Assembly: GCA_964016885.1 (NCBI GenBank)
Contig: OZ024754.1
Location: 10,168,001 to 10,232,000 of the forward strand
Direction of reading: 5' to 3'
DNA: 64,000 nt
DNA from: Eledone cirrhosa
Taxonomy: Eukaryota
Within the stretch, counting starts at the first letter, position 1. Every line of letters starts with the position of its first letter. Of the stretch, positions 14,445-27,027 are shown piece by piece. Position numbers and translations under genes: made by a program. The notes beneath the pieces were generated by a model that saw only the letters and a program-made list of their open reading frames with translations, did no database searches and had not been told where the DNA came from.

Positions 14445-14826
14445 GATTTCTTTATTGGCCACAAGGGCTGACATCAAGAAAAACATTAGAGACGGTACAG
14501 GACGGTACGATGTGGGTTTTGTGCGTGTAAATATTTTTATTATTTATATAAGAAAAGAAAAAAGACATAAAACATATATATATCTATAAACAATAAAATG
14601 AAAATTGAAACAATGAAAAATTCCCCAATAGGGGGGGAAACCTGACTACCAGGGCAAGCGCCCTCTCTCAATTTTTCCATCTCTCAAACTACAGGCGTAT
14701 ATTCAGCGCTGTCCCGTTCACTCGGACCATTCTCGCTACATTCACCCACCTTTCAACAAACTTGCTAGAAAGCAGCACTTGCCTCTCCACCCTGATTTTC
14801 CTCTTCAAGTGAAACTTGAAAAAGTT
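14445..14826 (-). mobile_element. 3' end of a Tx1/L1-like non-LTR retrotransposon inserted in (TAA)n
   Basis: Encodes FFKFHLKRKIRVERQVLLSSKFVERWVNVARMVRVNG..., homologous to the ORF at 35509-35748. The 3' UTR ends GCCCTTGTGGCCAATAAAGAAATC. (TAA)n lies on both sides. The clade call is inferred. Confidence 0.7.
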
Positions 14827-15537
14827 AATAATAATAATAATAATAATGTGCATGTACAAGTAGCTGTAAGATACCAGCGTGGTGTCAAAGATAGCTGAAT
14901 TGAAATTTTCAGAGTTCCTGAAGCAAATATAAGTTAAAAGAGCCAAGTTTTCGACCAGCTTATGCTCCTGACAGCCTCACATTTACACAGAACAATACTT
15001 TTTCCACTAAACAGAACACAGGCAACATTACTGGTCAATGAATCGAATACATCAGACAAAATCTCAACAGAAACCAATGTCCATGGAACAGAAGAGTTTG
15101 TGGTATTCACATCTTAATAGAATATCACAATTAAAGCAAAGAAGATGAACAGTAGCAGCAGACAGACATCTTTGCATTTCTAATGAAGAAACCTAAGAAA
15201 TAGAAGGCACATAGAGTCAGGGTTGATAAAGAGAGAGAGAAGAGGAAAGAAAAAAAAAAAAAAGAGTGACAGCATTGAGATAGCTATTATGAATGAGAGA
15301 GAAAGACTGAGGTTGTGGAAGTAAATACTAAGTATCAAGGGAATTGTTTAACAGGATAGTCTTTAGAGGAGACAAAGAAAATAGTGTATGGCAATTCAAT
15401 GACAAGCAAAAAATTAGATTTAAGTATTCTTTGTTCCTGATTTGTTTCCATATGTATAGAAAGAAGGATTATCTTAGCATTTCCAGCTATAGGCTTCAAT
15501 AAGAGAAAGTATTATCCTTAATAGGCATTACTTTACA

Positions 15538-15951
15538 TGGATGTATTAGTGTGTGCATCACTAACATACATACATACATACATACATACATACATACATA
15601 CACATATGCCTGGATGTACCAGTGTAAGCATCACTCACATACATACATACATACATACATACATACATACATACATACACACACAGGCATGGATGTACCA
15701 GCGTAAGCATCACTCACATACATACATACATACATACATACATACATACATACATACATACATACACACATGCCTGGATGTACCAGTGTAAGCATCACTC
15801 ACATACATATATACATTCATATATGCACATTTACAATGTTTGGATGTACCAGTGTATACTCACACACACATTCATATATACATACATACATACATACATA
15901 CATGCATGCATACATACATACATACATACATACATACATACATACATACAT

Positions 15952-15990
<39 letters not shown>

Positions 15991-16000
15991 CAGGCATGGA
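15538..16000. repeat. Repeat of a TGGATGTACCAGTGTAAGCATCACTCA core separated by variable (TACA)n
   Basis: About 5 cores at 15538, 15611, 15690, 15775 and 15841. Confidence 0.85.
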
Positions 16001-16234
16001 TAAATAGCAATTCCGACACACACACACATCTCTTATCCTGTTGAAAATGGATATTCTCGTTGTTCAATCAATTGAACAGCCTCCTTAGTGTAATAAGTGG
16101 CTGAGTATTCCAAGGCAAATCAGTATGACACAGTGATTGACAAGAAGTTTATCGTGACAAAGAATTATGGCTGATGTCATCTGGTAGTATGACAACTTCA
16201 GAAATACACCTTGCTAGGGATAAGCAATTATACA

Positions 16235-16635
16235 TAACATTTATTAAACTGGGAAAGGTATTTGATAGGATTTCACATTCTGTAGCCTGAGGTTTGCTTA
16301 AGAAACAGAAATAGATGAATGACTTATCAGAGTCATGGTTGGTGTTAGGAAGGGCATCCGACCGTAGAAAACCTGCCAGATACAGTCCTATACGAGTGAG
16401 ACATGGTCACCCGATCAATCTTGCCACAAGTGGGACAATTCTCGTCTAACCCATGCTAGCGTGGAAGATAGACGTTAAACAATGATGATGATGATACAGA
16501 AGAACTGTATATAAGGTGAGAGTTAGCAGCTAGTTCAACAACAAATTTAACATACAGTTAGGTACCTATTAAACCCCCTTCTGTTTCTTATAGTCATCAA
16601 GGCCATAACAGAGGAGTTTCAGAACAGCTGTCTGT
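16235..16635 (+). pseudogene. Decayed RTE-clade reverse transcriptase fragment interrupted by a SINE tail (about 16337-16493)
   Basis: Frames give FIKLGKVFDRISHS (cf. FIDLEKAFDRV) and PLLFLIVIKAITEEF (cf. PLLFIIV), both non-LTR RT motifs. Stops and frameshifts are present. Confidence 0.65.
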
Positions 16636-16994
16636 AATAATATATGCATGCTGAAGACCTACTGTATATACCCAAATATAAGCTGACCCCTCTAAGTTAT
16701 TCCTGAGAAATAGGCAAAAACCCAAACCCAGTTTATAAGCTAAGGCAGGTAACCAAGACATTATGTTTAGATGGTGTGGTTTTAAATTCTCATTACTGTT
16801 GTTAGTTTTTAAAATATGGGGGACAATAGGCAGTTTATATTTACAGAGAATATTTACAAATGGTAATAAAGAAGTCTTTAAGGTTTGTCTCAGACATTCA
16901 ATTTGAAGCCAAAATATCACAAACAAAAATTATTAAATAAGATCACCAGTAAGTTTGCAAATGTTTTCCTTTATGCATGAATGCACTTAAACGT

Positions 16995-17270
16995 CTGAAG
17001 TTTATCTTGAGCCCAGAGCCTCATCAGGCCATGTGTACCCCAGTTTCTGTGTCATGAAGTGACTAAGAGTTCAAGACCTCCCTCTAGACAGAGCACCAGT
17101 CCATCACATGGTTAAATTAAACTCCCAGCTACGGCTGCTACTCATTTTCAGTTGAGTATACTGGAACAACATGAAATGAAGTGTCTTGTTCAAGAACACA
17201 ACACAAAAGCCAGTCCAGGTATTGAACCCATGACATTATTATCATATGTCCAACACCCTTGCCACTACAT
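16995..17270 (-). mobile_element. Old CORE-containing SINE with a different 3' body
   Basis: GAAATGAAGTGTCTTGTTCAAGAACACAAC CORE-like block and a B-box-like GGTTCAATACC on the minus strand. Confidence 0.6.
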
Positions 17271-17440
17271 GTATACCTATACATAAAAAACATATGAAAC
17301 TTGTATGATTTGAAATCCAGTTCCTGAAGGTTTAGCATAATGTCTTTGTGTAAAATGCCCACTACACCCGCCAAAAGAATTACCAACTCATACTTTTATA
17401 GACTTGTAGGATTGGGTTGTTAAGGTGAAACAACTTAATT

Positions 17441-17955
17441 TTAACCCTTTATCATTTACATTACTCTATATATACTATTGTATTTTCACAATAAAGGCTT
17501 TACCTCACATAATATCTCACATAACATTTACATTACTCTATATTTACTATTGTATTTTCACAGTAAAGGCTTTACCTCACACAATATCTCACAACATTTA
17601 CATTACTCTATATTTACTATTGTATTTTCACAATAAAGGCTTTACCTCACACAATATCTCACATAACATTTACATTACTCTATATTTACTATTGTATTTT
17701 CACAGTAAAGGCTTTACCTCACATAATATCTCACATAACATTTACAATACTCTATATATACTATTGTATTTTCACAGTAAAGGCTTTATCTTGCATGATT
17801 ATCTCACATAATATTGAATCTATGAGATTTTCATATTATTTATTTTGAGAACAATACCTTAACATGAGTATGAGCGGCAGGTTACGGCTAGTTTGAATAG
17901 AAATAGGTGAGAGAATTCTGGCTGGATACGGCCGGTTTAAATACCCTGGGATTAA
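17441..17955 (+). mobile_element. piggyBac-like MITE with its internal 70-72-bp segment amplified about 5 times
   Basis: Same ends and body as 5040-5255. ATTTACATTACTCTATAT...CTCACATAA is repeated over 17454-17790. Confidence 0.85.
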
Positions 17956-17974
17956 AACATTCATATATCAAATA

Positions 17975-18143
17975 CTTGTTTCTACTTTAGGCACAAGGCC
18001 AGCAATTACCCAGTGCATTACTGGTACTTTATTTTATCGACCCCGTAAGGATGAAAGGCAAAGTCAACCTCGGCGGGATTTGAACTCAGATCATAAAGGG
18101 ACGTAACTATGCTTGAAAGCATGGCGTCCGACCCTCTACCGAT
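17975..18143 (-). mobile_element. SINE family A with TSD
   Basis: Flanked by the direct repeat ATTCATATATCAAATACT (about 17959-17976 and 18142-18159). Confidence 0.92.
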
Positions 18144-18448
18144 TCATATATCAAATACTGATGTAATAAATTATTTTACAAGGAACACCACACTTCTGCT
18201 GGTTCTCAATCAAAAAGATGGGATAAATGTAATGAATTCTTTGTTGAGAATTAGTTTTTCAAGAATTTGAACAAGGAAATCTTCCCAGTTTTGGAAATAA
18301 GAAATCTAAGTGCAGGACACATTTTGAATTTTATTTTGAACCATATAGATTCTCCATAAATTGAAATTTGAATATATTATCCAATAAATATATATATAAA
18401 TAAATAACAAGGATATATTCTAATAATAATAATCGTATTACATAAATA

Positions 18449-18449
<1 letters not shown>

Positions 18450-18500
<51 letters not shown>

Positions 18501-18960
18501 GCCGAGTGTGTATGTGTGTGTATGTGTGTGACTGAGGCCAAGTGTATGTGTGTGTGTGAGAGAGAGGCCAAGTGTATGTGTGTGTGTGTATGTGAGAGGC
18601 CATGTGTGTGTGTGTGTATGTGAGAGGCCATGTGTGTGTGTGTGTATGTGAGAGGCCATGTGTGTGTGTGTGTATGTGAGAGGCTGAGTGTGTATGTGTG
18701 TGTATGTGTGTGAGTGAGGCCAAGTGTATGTGTGTGTGAGAGAGAGGCCAAGTGTATGTGTGTGTGTGTGTATGTGAGAGGCCATGTGTGTGTGTGTGTA
18801 TGTGAGAGGCTGAGTGTGTATGTGTGTGTATGTGTGTGTGTGAGGCCAAGTGTATGTGTGTGTGAGAGAGAGGCCAAGTGTATGTGTGTGTGTGTATGCG
18901 AGAGGCCATGTGTGTGTGTGTGTGTGTGAGAGGCCAAGTGTATGCATGTGTATGTGTAGT
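18450..18960. repeat. (TG)n-derived minisatellite punctuated by GAGAGGCCA
   Basis: Read directly. Confidence 0.88.
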
Positions 18961-19684
18961 ACACACATATACACACACAAACATATAGAACAATTGTAAA
19001 CATTTGCAAAAATAGTTCCTATCTTCGATTTAGTTATGTACAAAGTAGGAACACATATTGCTTCGATCACTGCTTTTATTGACAGTAAATTACATACAAC
19101 TGTCTTAAAATCTGAAGAAACCAAGACATTTTTTTCCTATCTCTTTCTCTCTTACTCTTTTTTTCCCCCCCCGTCTTCTCTCTCTCTCCCTCTCACTCAT
19201 TCACACACACCCTCACTCCCCCCACATTTATTTGTAGCTTCAATTTATAAAGACCATTTGTAAGGAAAATTCAATTTTACTACTTGTTCTGCAAATATTA
19301 TATTATCATTGTTTAATATTTACTGAAATAAAATCATTAGAAGAAAAGAGTAAAAGAAAAGAAAAAACATTATATTGGCAGAAAATTTGATTTTTAAAAT
19401 AAAATATTTTTATTGCCAATTTTATTATTATTATTTTTTTTTCCAAGAGAGAGAGAGGAGAGGGGGGTAAGAAAAACTGCAAAATAATCAAACACCAAGA
19501 AAGCAGTTATCAAAAAGGTAGCAAAGGAAGGAATTTAATAGAAATATTTTGCAAAATGTTTTAAAGATTTATATATATACACAAATACATACTAGTATAA
19601 GTATCTCTATGTGTGTGTATATATATATATATATATATACACACACATATATATATTTAGATTAGTATATATATCTCTGTGTGC

Positions 19685-19729
<45 letters not shown>

Positions 19730-19770
19730 CATATATATATATTTAGATTAGTATATATATCTCTGTGTGC

Positions 19771-19820
<50 letters not shown>

Positions 19821-20101
19821 TAGTATATGCATGTATGTGTGTGTGTGTGCGTGTGTATATATATATGTTAACACTAACACATACATTCTCAGCTGCACTT
19901 AATAGTGATGGGAAATTATTTAATTAGACAATCATTATGATGGTCTTGATTTTCACTATCATTACTATAAAGTGTATTGACAAAAATAACAAACCCCACA
20001 GGACTATTTGCTACAAATATCCAAGTGGGTATCTTTCTGATTAGGTTCAAACCCAATAAACATTATTTCCACTATTCATTGTTATTATTATTATTGCTAC
20101 A

Positions 20102-20290
20102 GGCGGTGGATTGGCAGTATCGGTAGAGGGTTGGACGCCATGCTTTCCAGTATAGTTATATCCCCTTACAATATAAGTTCAAATCCCGCCGAGGTTGACT
20201 TTGCCTTTCATCCTTACGGGGTCGATAAAATAAAGGACCAGTAATGCACTGGGTAATTTGCTGGCCTTGTGCCTAAAGTAGAAACAATTA
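20102..20290 (+). mobile_element. SINE family A, full length, with TSD
   Basis: GGCGGTGGATTGGCAGTATCGGTAGAG (A box) through GAGTTC-like B box. ATTATTATTGCTACA flanks both sides. Confidence 0.92.
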
Positions 20291-20374
20291 TTATTGCTAC
20301 AAATTTCTTTTCTAAATCACTAAATCAAGAACATCAGAATTAAAGATGTACCATGCAAAAAGATATATATATAT

Positions 20375-20895
20375 ATCATCATCATCATCATTTTACGTCC
20401 GCTTTTCCCTGCTTGCAAGGGTGGGACGGGTCTTATTCAGCACTGCATCTCTCCACTCGTCACGGTCCCTCGTCATCTCCACCGTGAGCTTCAATGATCT
20501 GAGGTCTGTTCTCACCACCTCCGCCCATGTTTTTATATAAATATATATATATATATATCAACATCATCATTTTACGTCCGCTTTTCCCTGCTTGCAAGGG
20601 TGGGACGGGTCTTATTCAGTACAGCATCTCTCCCCTCGTCACGGTCCCTCGTCATCTCCACCATGAGTTTCAATGATCTGAGGTCTGTTCTCACCACCTC
20701 CGCCCATGTTTTTATATAAATATATATATATATATCATCATCATCATCATCATTTTACGTCCGCTTTTCCCTGCTTTGAAGGCTGGGACGGGTCTTATTC
20801 AGTACAGCATCTCTCCACTCGTCACGGTCCCTCGTCATCTCCACCATGAGCTTCAATGATCTGAGGTCTGTTCTCCCCACCTCCGCCCATGTTTT
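20375..20895 (-). mobile_element. Three tandem copies of the 3' end of an RTE-clade LINE
   Basis: Unit 1 encodes KTWAEVVRTDLRSLKLTVEMTRDRDEWRDAVLNKTRPTLASREKRT*, the typical RTE ORF C-terminus (W..V..DL...DR..WR). Units 2 and 3 differ by a few substitutions. Each about 180-bp unit ends in (TGA)n. Confidence 0.85.
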
Positions 20896-20914
20896 TATAT
20901 AAATATATATATAT

Positions 20915-21253
20915 ATCATCATCATCATTTTACGTCCGCTTTTTCCCTGCTTGCAAGGGTGGGACGGGAACTGATGCTGGCTTGATTTCTACGGCTGGAT
21001 GCCATTCCTAACACCAACCTCATTTACAGTGAGTGCTGGGTGCTTTTTTTTTTGCCGTGGCACCTCCACGACCACTTTGCAGTGGAATGATAGCGACCCC
21101 AGTGCCTATCATCTAATTTCTACAGCTGAGTAAACTGGAGCAATGTGAAATAAAGTGTCTTGTTCAAGGAAACAACACATCACCCGGTCTGAGAATTGAA
21201 TTCACAACCTTTCAATTGCAAGGCCAATGCTCTAACCACTAAGCCATGTGCCT

Positions 21254-21257
<4 letters not shown>
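20915..21257 (-). mobile_element. SINE family B, full length
   Basis: Minus strand: A box TGGCTTAGTGG, B-box-like GAATTCAATTC, CORE-like block, GGTTGGTGTTAGGAATGGCATCC and the RTE tail with (TGA)n. Confidence 0.92.
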
Positions 21258-21310
<53 letters not shown>

Positions 21311-21529
21311 TAAATGCCACCGACAAATGCGAGAAAGTACTTCAGAAAGTTAACCGGGATTTTAAAAAAAACTTTCAAATAAAGTTAACAAAGGACTTAT
21401 TAGATCTACATAGCAAAATTATAAAATTATAACATTGTAAAATTATAAAATCAAATTGTTATAGAATACTAAGTGAATTGTTATAGAATACAAGTGAAAT
21501 CATTCTTTTCCTTTTTACAAATATATATG

Positions 21530-21876
21530 CATCATCATCATCATTTCATCATTTCATTTTACGTCCGCTTTTTCCCTGCTTGCAAGGGTGGGACGGGAAC
21601 TGATGCTGGCTTGATTTCTACAGCTGGATGCCCTTCCTAACACCAACCTCATTTACAGTGAGTGCTGGGTGCTTTTTTGCCGTGGCACCTCCACGACCAC
21701 TTTGCAGTGGTATGATATGGACCCCAGTCCCTATCATCTCATTTCTACAGCTGAGTAAACTGGAGCAATGTGAAATAAAGTGTCTTGCTCAAGGAAACAA
21801 CACATCACCCGGTCTGAGAATTGAACTCACAACCTTTCGATTGCAAGGCCAATGCTCTAACCACTAAGCCATGTGC
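21530..21876 (-). mobile_element. SINE family B, near full length
   Basis: Nearly identical to 20915-21257 and 51200-51530. Confidence 0.92.
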
Positions 21877-21942
21877 ATACATACATATATATATACACAT
21901 ATATACATACATACATACATACATGTATGTATATATGTATGC

Positions 21943-21975
<33 letters not shown>

Positions 21976-22781
21976 TATGTATGTATATATATATACATAT
22001 ATATGTATATATATATGTATATATGTATATATGTATACATATGTATATATATATGATTGTATGTATATATATATGTATGTATATGTATGTATGTATATAT
22101 ATATGTGTATATATATATACATATATATCTATATACATATATACATACATATATATCTATATACATATATACATACATATATATCTATATACATATATAA
22201 ATACATATATATCTATATACATATATAAATACATATATATCTATATACATACATACATATATATGTATATATACATACATATACATACATATATATATAC
22301 ATACACATTGAGGGAGAAATTGAGAAAAACATCACATGGGTATTCAGCCAGCCATTTTGGATACATATGTGTGTGTGCATGTGTGTGTGCATGTGTGTGT
22401 GCATGTGTGTGTGTATATATACTATATATGAGATCTTTAAAATATCTCCTACAAAATAATACAGCCAATTACACAATACAATATAGTTAACACCCCAAAC
22501 GTTTAATTGGGAATATACTCCATTATGTCCTAAGGTCTGTTGAGCGAGTTGGGAATTGGTCAGAGTATCGCTATTACCTGTCTCCGTTTATGTTATTATA
22601 TATATCGTATATATATACTATATATATATATACGATGTATATATATATATATTGTATATATATACTATATATATATATATATAGTACATATATATAGTAT
22701 ATATATATATATATATACTATATATATATATATATATAGTACATATATATATAGTATATATATATAGTATACATCACACAC

Positions 22782-22850
22782 TTACACCTCTCCAAGACAA
22801 TGTCACTGGACCGAGACCTTTGGCGGTACTCAGTAACAGAGAAGACCCGC
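22782..22850 (+). mobile_element. Short 3' fragment of a second RTE-like LINE
   Basis: Translates LHLSKTMSLDRDLWRYSVTEKTR, homologous to the C-terminus at 20375-20534. Confidence 0.6.
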
Positions 22851-22899
22851 CTTACCTAAATATATAGTAAAACCTACTCCAGCCAGTAGGCATCTCTAA

Positions 22900-23258
22900 C
22901 AAAATACACCCCGTCCCACCACCACCACCCCCACCCCATCCACACCACCCCGTTCTATGTAAAGTTATGTTGGTGCCGCGCCATCGAGGCCGAAACAAAT
23001 GAGATCGTGTAGGTGTCACGACAAAAAAAACACACAGTCCACGCTGTAATGTGGCCGTGTAGGCAACACGGTAAAAACCTCTCAGACCCACACTGTAAAT
23101 GTGGTTGGTGTTAGGAAGGGCATCCAACTGTAGAAAACCTGCCAGACAGTCCTATGCGAGCAAGACAATCACTCTTGCCTCAAGTGGGACTACCCCCGTC
23201 CAAACCCATGCAAGCGTGGAACACGGACGTTAAACGTTGATGATGATGATGATGATGA
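22900..23258 (+). mobile_element. RTE-dependent non-autonomous element (family C)
   Basis: GTAAAGTTATGTTGGTGCC...GGTTGGTGTTAGGAAGGGCATCC...CCCATGCAAGCGTGGAACACGGACGTTAAACG(TGA)n. Paralogs at 35050-35357 and 33050-33318. Confidence 0.8.
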
Positions 23259-24927
23259 TATATATAGTATATATATATATAGTATATATAGTATATATAT
23301 AGTATATATATATATACTATATATATATATATATAGTACATATATATATAGTATATATATATAGTATATATATATATATATAGTATATATATAGTATATA
23401 TATATATAGTATATATAGTATATGTATATATAGTATATATATAGTATATATATATATATATATATATAGTATATATATATAGTATATATATATACATAGT
23501 ATATATATATAGTATATATATATACATAGTATATATATATACTATATATATAATCATTGATGATGACATATACACACACGTGTGTGTGTGGGGGGGGGGG
23601 CACAATCTTTTGGCAGATATTGGCAGCCAATCGAAGAAACTGGGTTATATTCTATGATTGATAGTTTAATAGAAAACTGAATGCCAGTGATATGTTAGCT
23701 ATGAAAACCTATACAGCACACTTGTTGACTTAAATTGTTGACAACAATATATGACAACTGAAAGCTATAAGAATTCAGCCTCCCAAGATAACATATATGG
23801 CGCCCCTTTAGGGGATTCCACCATTTTCCTGTGAAACCACAGGAAATTCTTAATGTAGTTATTGAAATCCCTCCAGGTTATATTCAATATTACAATATCT
23901 TAAGGCAGTAGATGTTGACACAGGAGAATTAAAGTCAGATTAAGGCACTACTGCCTCTCGTGTTCCTGAGTTCAAATCTCAAAGGTTATGGAGGTGAAGG
24001 TGTCTTCTGCACACTTCATACAGTAAACATTTTAATATAATTTCCTTCAACTACATCAACACCACAACGTTTTATCAAAGAAAATAGAGATGTAATTATA
24101 CTTAACAAAACATCAACAGTAGTCGTAATTCTATTTTTGGTTAACACTGTAAAATATTTGACATTATTTTGGTTTTCTACAATTCAAACTTTAAAAAAAC
24201 AACAACATTTTAACACTTCTGTTACCATGACAAATAAAAGTCACTGCCTATGATTTTCAAATCATTTTGAAAATAAAGAATTTGCAGGTATTTATATATA
24301 GCTAACCATCATATAAGTTTTTACATATAATTATGATGGAAGGTTTTCATGCAGATATTTATATATTTTAACATAAATAGATTTGTGTCATAGCTGAAGG
24401 AACAGTTTCGGGCAATTTGGTACCAAAACAGCTAAATCTTCCATATATAACTCATCATCATCAAAAATATTTTTACATCAGATTTTTCATGTTAGCATGG
24501 GTCTGACATGACTTGATATTTGTGGCAGTTGTTTATCTATGATCGGATACCTTTTAACACAGTTTATTTATAAAGTATGGTATACACCTCTCACACCTTC
24601 ACTGAAGCAATTAGCTGTGGGATGTATTTTTGTTTATGCAAGACATAAACAAATGTCACTATTAATGTAAATTGATGAGACCAAGCATGCTAACAAGGTA
24701 TTTTTAATGTATATTGAGATTGTGTGTGCGCGCACATGTGTGTGTGTTAAGAATGAGAGATTAAAGTCTCATTTTATTCATGTAAAAGCATAGAATACTC
24801 AAACAGGTGCCACCAATGGTAACATAGCACTACTCACAGGCTAACAGTTTGTGTGTATATATTGGGTCGTCAAGTATGGAATTTGTAGAAATTTTTGAAG
24901 AAAAAAAAACAAATTTCTACAAATATT

Positions 24928-24993
24928 TATTTCATTATACATATTTCAAGGGCCACCAGAGCAAACTATGGTGCGCTTTCATCAGATAAAATA
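24928..24993 (-). ncRNA. Minimal type I hammerhead ribozyme (inverted copy)
   Basis: Exact reverse complement of 25229-25294. Confidence 0.75.
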
Positions 24994-25228
24994 TAATATA
25001 GGTTAGTTTTATAAATAAATATTGACATACCCTTAAAAAATGCAACCATTTTTTTCCCCTATTCCAACGGCTTAATTTAAATATACTGTTTTTAAACCTT
25101 TCCAACACTAATTTGCATAATAAACCAACAATAAATCTAATAACTCCACTATCCAGAAGATTCCAACCAAAATGGTTGCATTTTTTTAAGGGTATGTCAA
25201 TATTTATTTATAAAACTAACCTATATTA

Positions 25229-25294
25229 TATTTTATCTGATGAAAGCGCACCATAGTTTGCTCTGGTGGCCCTTGAAATATGTATAATGAAATA
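25229..25294 (+). ncRNA. Minimal type I hammerhead ribozyme
   Basis: Stem I UAUUUUAU/AUGAAAUA, core CUGAUGA (25237-25243), stem II AAGCGCACCA/UGGUGGCCCUU, GAAA (25275-25278), palindromic stem III AUAUGUAU, predicted AUA cleavage after 25286. Confidence 0.78.
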
Positions 25295-25530
25295 AATATG
25301 GTTTTATAAATATAGTTTCCATTTGTTAATATATTGTGTATTTACTCCAATAATTTGTTGAGTGCTTTATATCAGTTAAAAAAATATTTTGCTTGTTGTA
25401 TCCCAACAAATTAAATATAACCTCTACACATATATATATATTTATATATATAGAGAGAGAGAGAAGGGGGGGGGGTATTTGTGTTGGTTTTACTAGTATT
25501 CTGTCCATTAGAGATTTTACATAAGTTATT

Positions 25531-25577
<47 letters not shown>

Positions 25578-25580
<3 letters not shown>

Positions 25581-25723
25581 TTTAGTACAGCATTGACGAA
25601 ACTTTAGAATACGGCCAAGCTAGCGTATATGCATACTCGGTCTGTAGCTTGAGCACTCAGATGAGGAAAGACCCCCAGAGTAATATATACATATACATAT
25701 ATATGCATACACACACATATATA

Positions 25724-25771
<48 letters not shown>

Positions 25772-26000
25772 CACATATACACATACATATACATATATAT
25801 AAATATTTTAGTACAGCATTGACGAAGCTTTAGAATACGGCCAAGCTAGCATATATGCATAATCGGTCTGTAGCTTGAGCACTCAGATGTGGAAACACCC
25901 CAGAGTAATAACATTACGTTCAGACAGCTTAGCAAATCAGATATAGCGGTCGGCAGTCCAGCCGCATCACTAGAGCAACGAAAATACAGGACCCAGAAAA
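25578..26000. repeat. Unclassified ~105-bp element duplicated in tandem across (TA)n
   Basis: TTTTAGTACAGCATTGACGAA...CCCCAGAGTAATA at about 25580-25685 and 25807-25910. Confidence 0.8.
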
Positions 26001-26535
26001 AGATATCACCATCATTTTTATGTCTGTTTTCCATGCTTGGAACCACCATTAAATAGCGATTCCTACATATTAGTTTCATGAAATAAAACCAACCATTTTC
26101 AAGGGTTTCTTTTCAAATTAAAATCTTCCAGCATAATTTCATATGAGAACATTTTGTTAACATCATAAAAATGAAGTAATCAATAATTTTTTAATAAATC
26201 CTTCCAAATTCATCAATAATTAATTAATAAAAAAAAAAAAACTGTTTTCATTAATAATAACGAGACGAAAGGGTTAAATGACAAAGAGTTTGAGAAAAAA
26301 TGAAAATATGGGAGATACAGTGGAGAACACAAAATCAGAACTATCAAAACTATGTTGAAATATCACTTAGTTAGGGATAAAACAGGGACTATTATATATC
26401 TGTGTTGAAATATTAATTAGAGATAAAACAGGGACTATTATATATGCCCTTCCTAATGCCAACCACATTTACAGTGTCGACTGGGAGCTTCTTAACGTGT
26501 CTCCTACACGACCACTTTACAGTGTAGACTGTTTG

Positions 26536-26598
<63 letters not shown>

Positions 26599-27027
26599 AC
26601 CCTCCTGTTGATTTGATGTATGAGGGTGCAATAGTCTTTTCAAGTAAAACAATTATATTATATATTTGAAACTGTGAGTGTATCAATGCAGAAAGTAAGT
26701 AATAACAACTAATTGCTATGAAATATAGTTAAAAATATCAGATTAAAAGCCCTGAAGAGGGAAATATAGGGTTTGTTTACCTTATACTATCTCTACTATT
26801 AGTTAATCAGATTTTCTTAACTATTATTTACAGGGATCAATTGTTGTTACAGTAACTTCCTGTATCGGGACTCCCACACCTTCCAATTTCTAGCTCACCC
26901 AACATTTTCTAAGTCATAAAATTTGTGTAAATATACATATATTCATACATGTCTTGCACTATACTGTATTCTCCTAATGTTCTTATGACAAACTTCTGAT
27001 ATTATATTTGTGTATACCTTTATTATA

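Larger units (their letters stand above)
24923..25430 (+). mobile_element. Penelope-like element terminal remnant (pLTR) with a partial inverted copy
   Basis: Arms 24923-25052 and 25169-25299 are a near-perfect inverted repeat containing a minimal hammerhead. The element ends in (TA)n. Paralog at 33363-33705. The PLE assignment is inferred from architecture. Confidence 0.7.

Noticed and set aside
15538-16000. Constant repeat with variable spacers, superficially CRISPR-like (also considered for 46598-47905)
   Set aside because: Spacers are (TACA)n or absent, there are no cas genes, and the context is eukaryotic.
20915-21257. tRNA gene calls from A and B boxes
   Set aside because: These are SINE heads with no acceptor stem, and they continue into CORE and LINE-derived sequence.
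25807-25892. CATTGACGAAGCT...AGCTTGAGCACTCAGATG as a decayed hammerhead
   Set aside because: Both core boxes deviate identically in the two tandem copies, so support is insufficient.
26745-26775. CTGAAGAGGGAAATATAGGG
   Set aside because: There is no room for stem II between CUGAAGA and GAAA.
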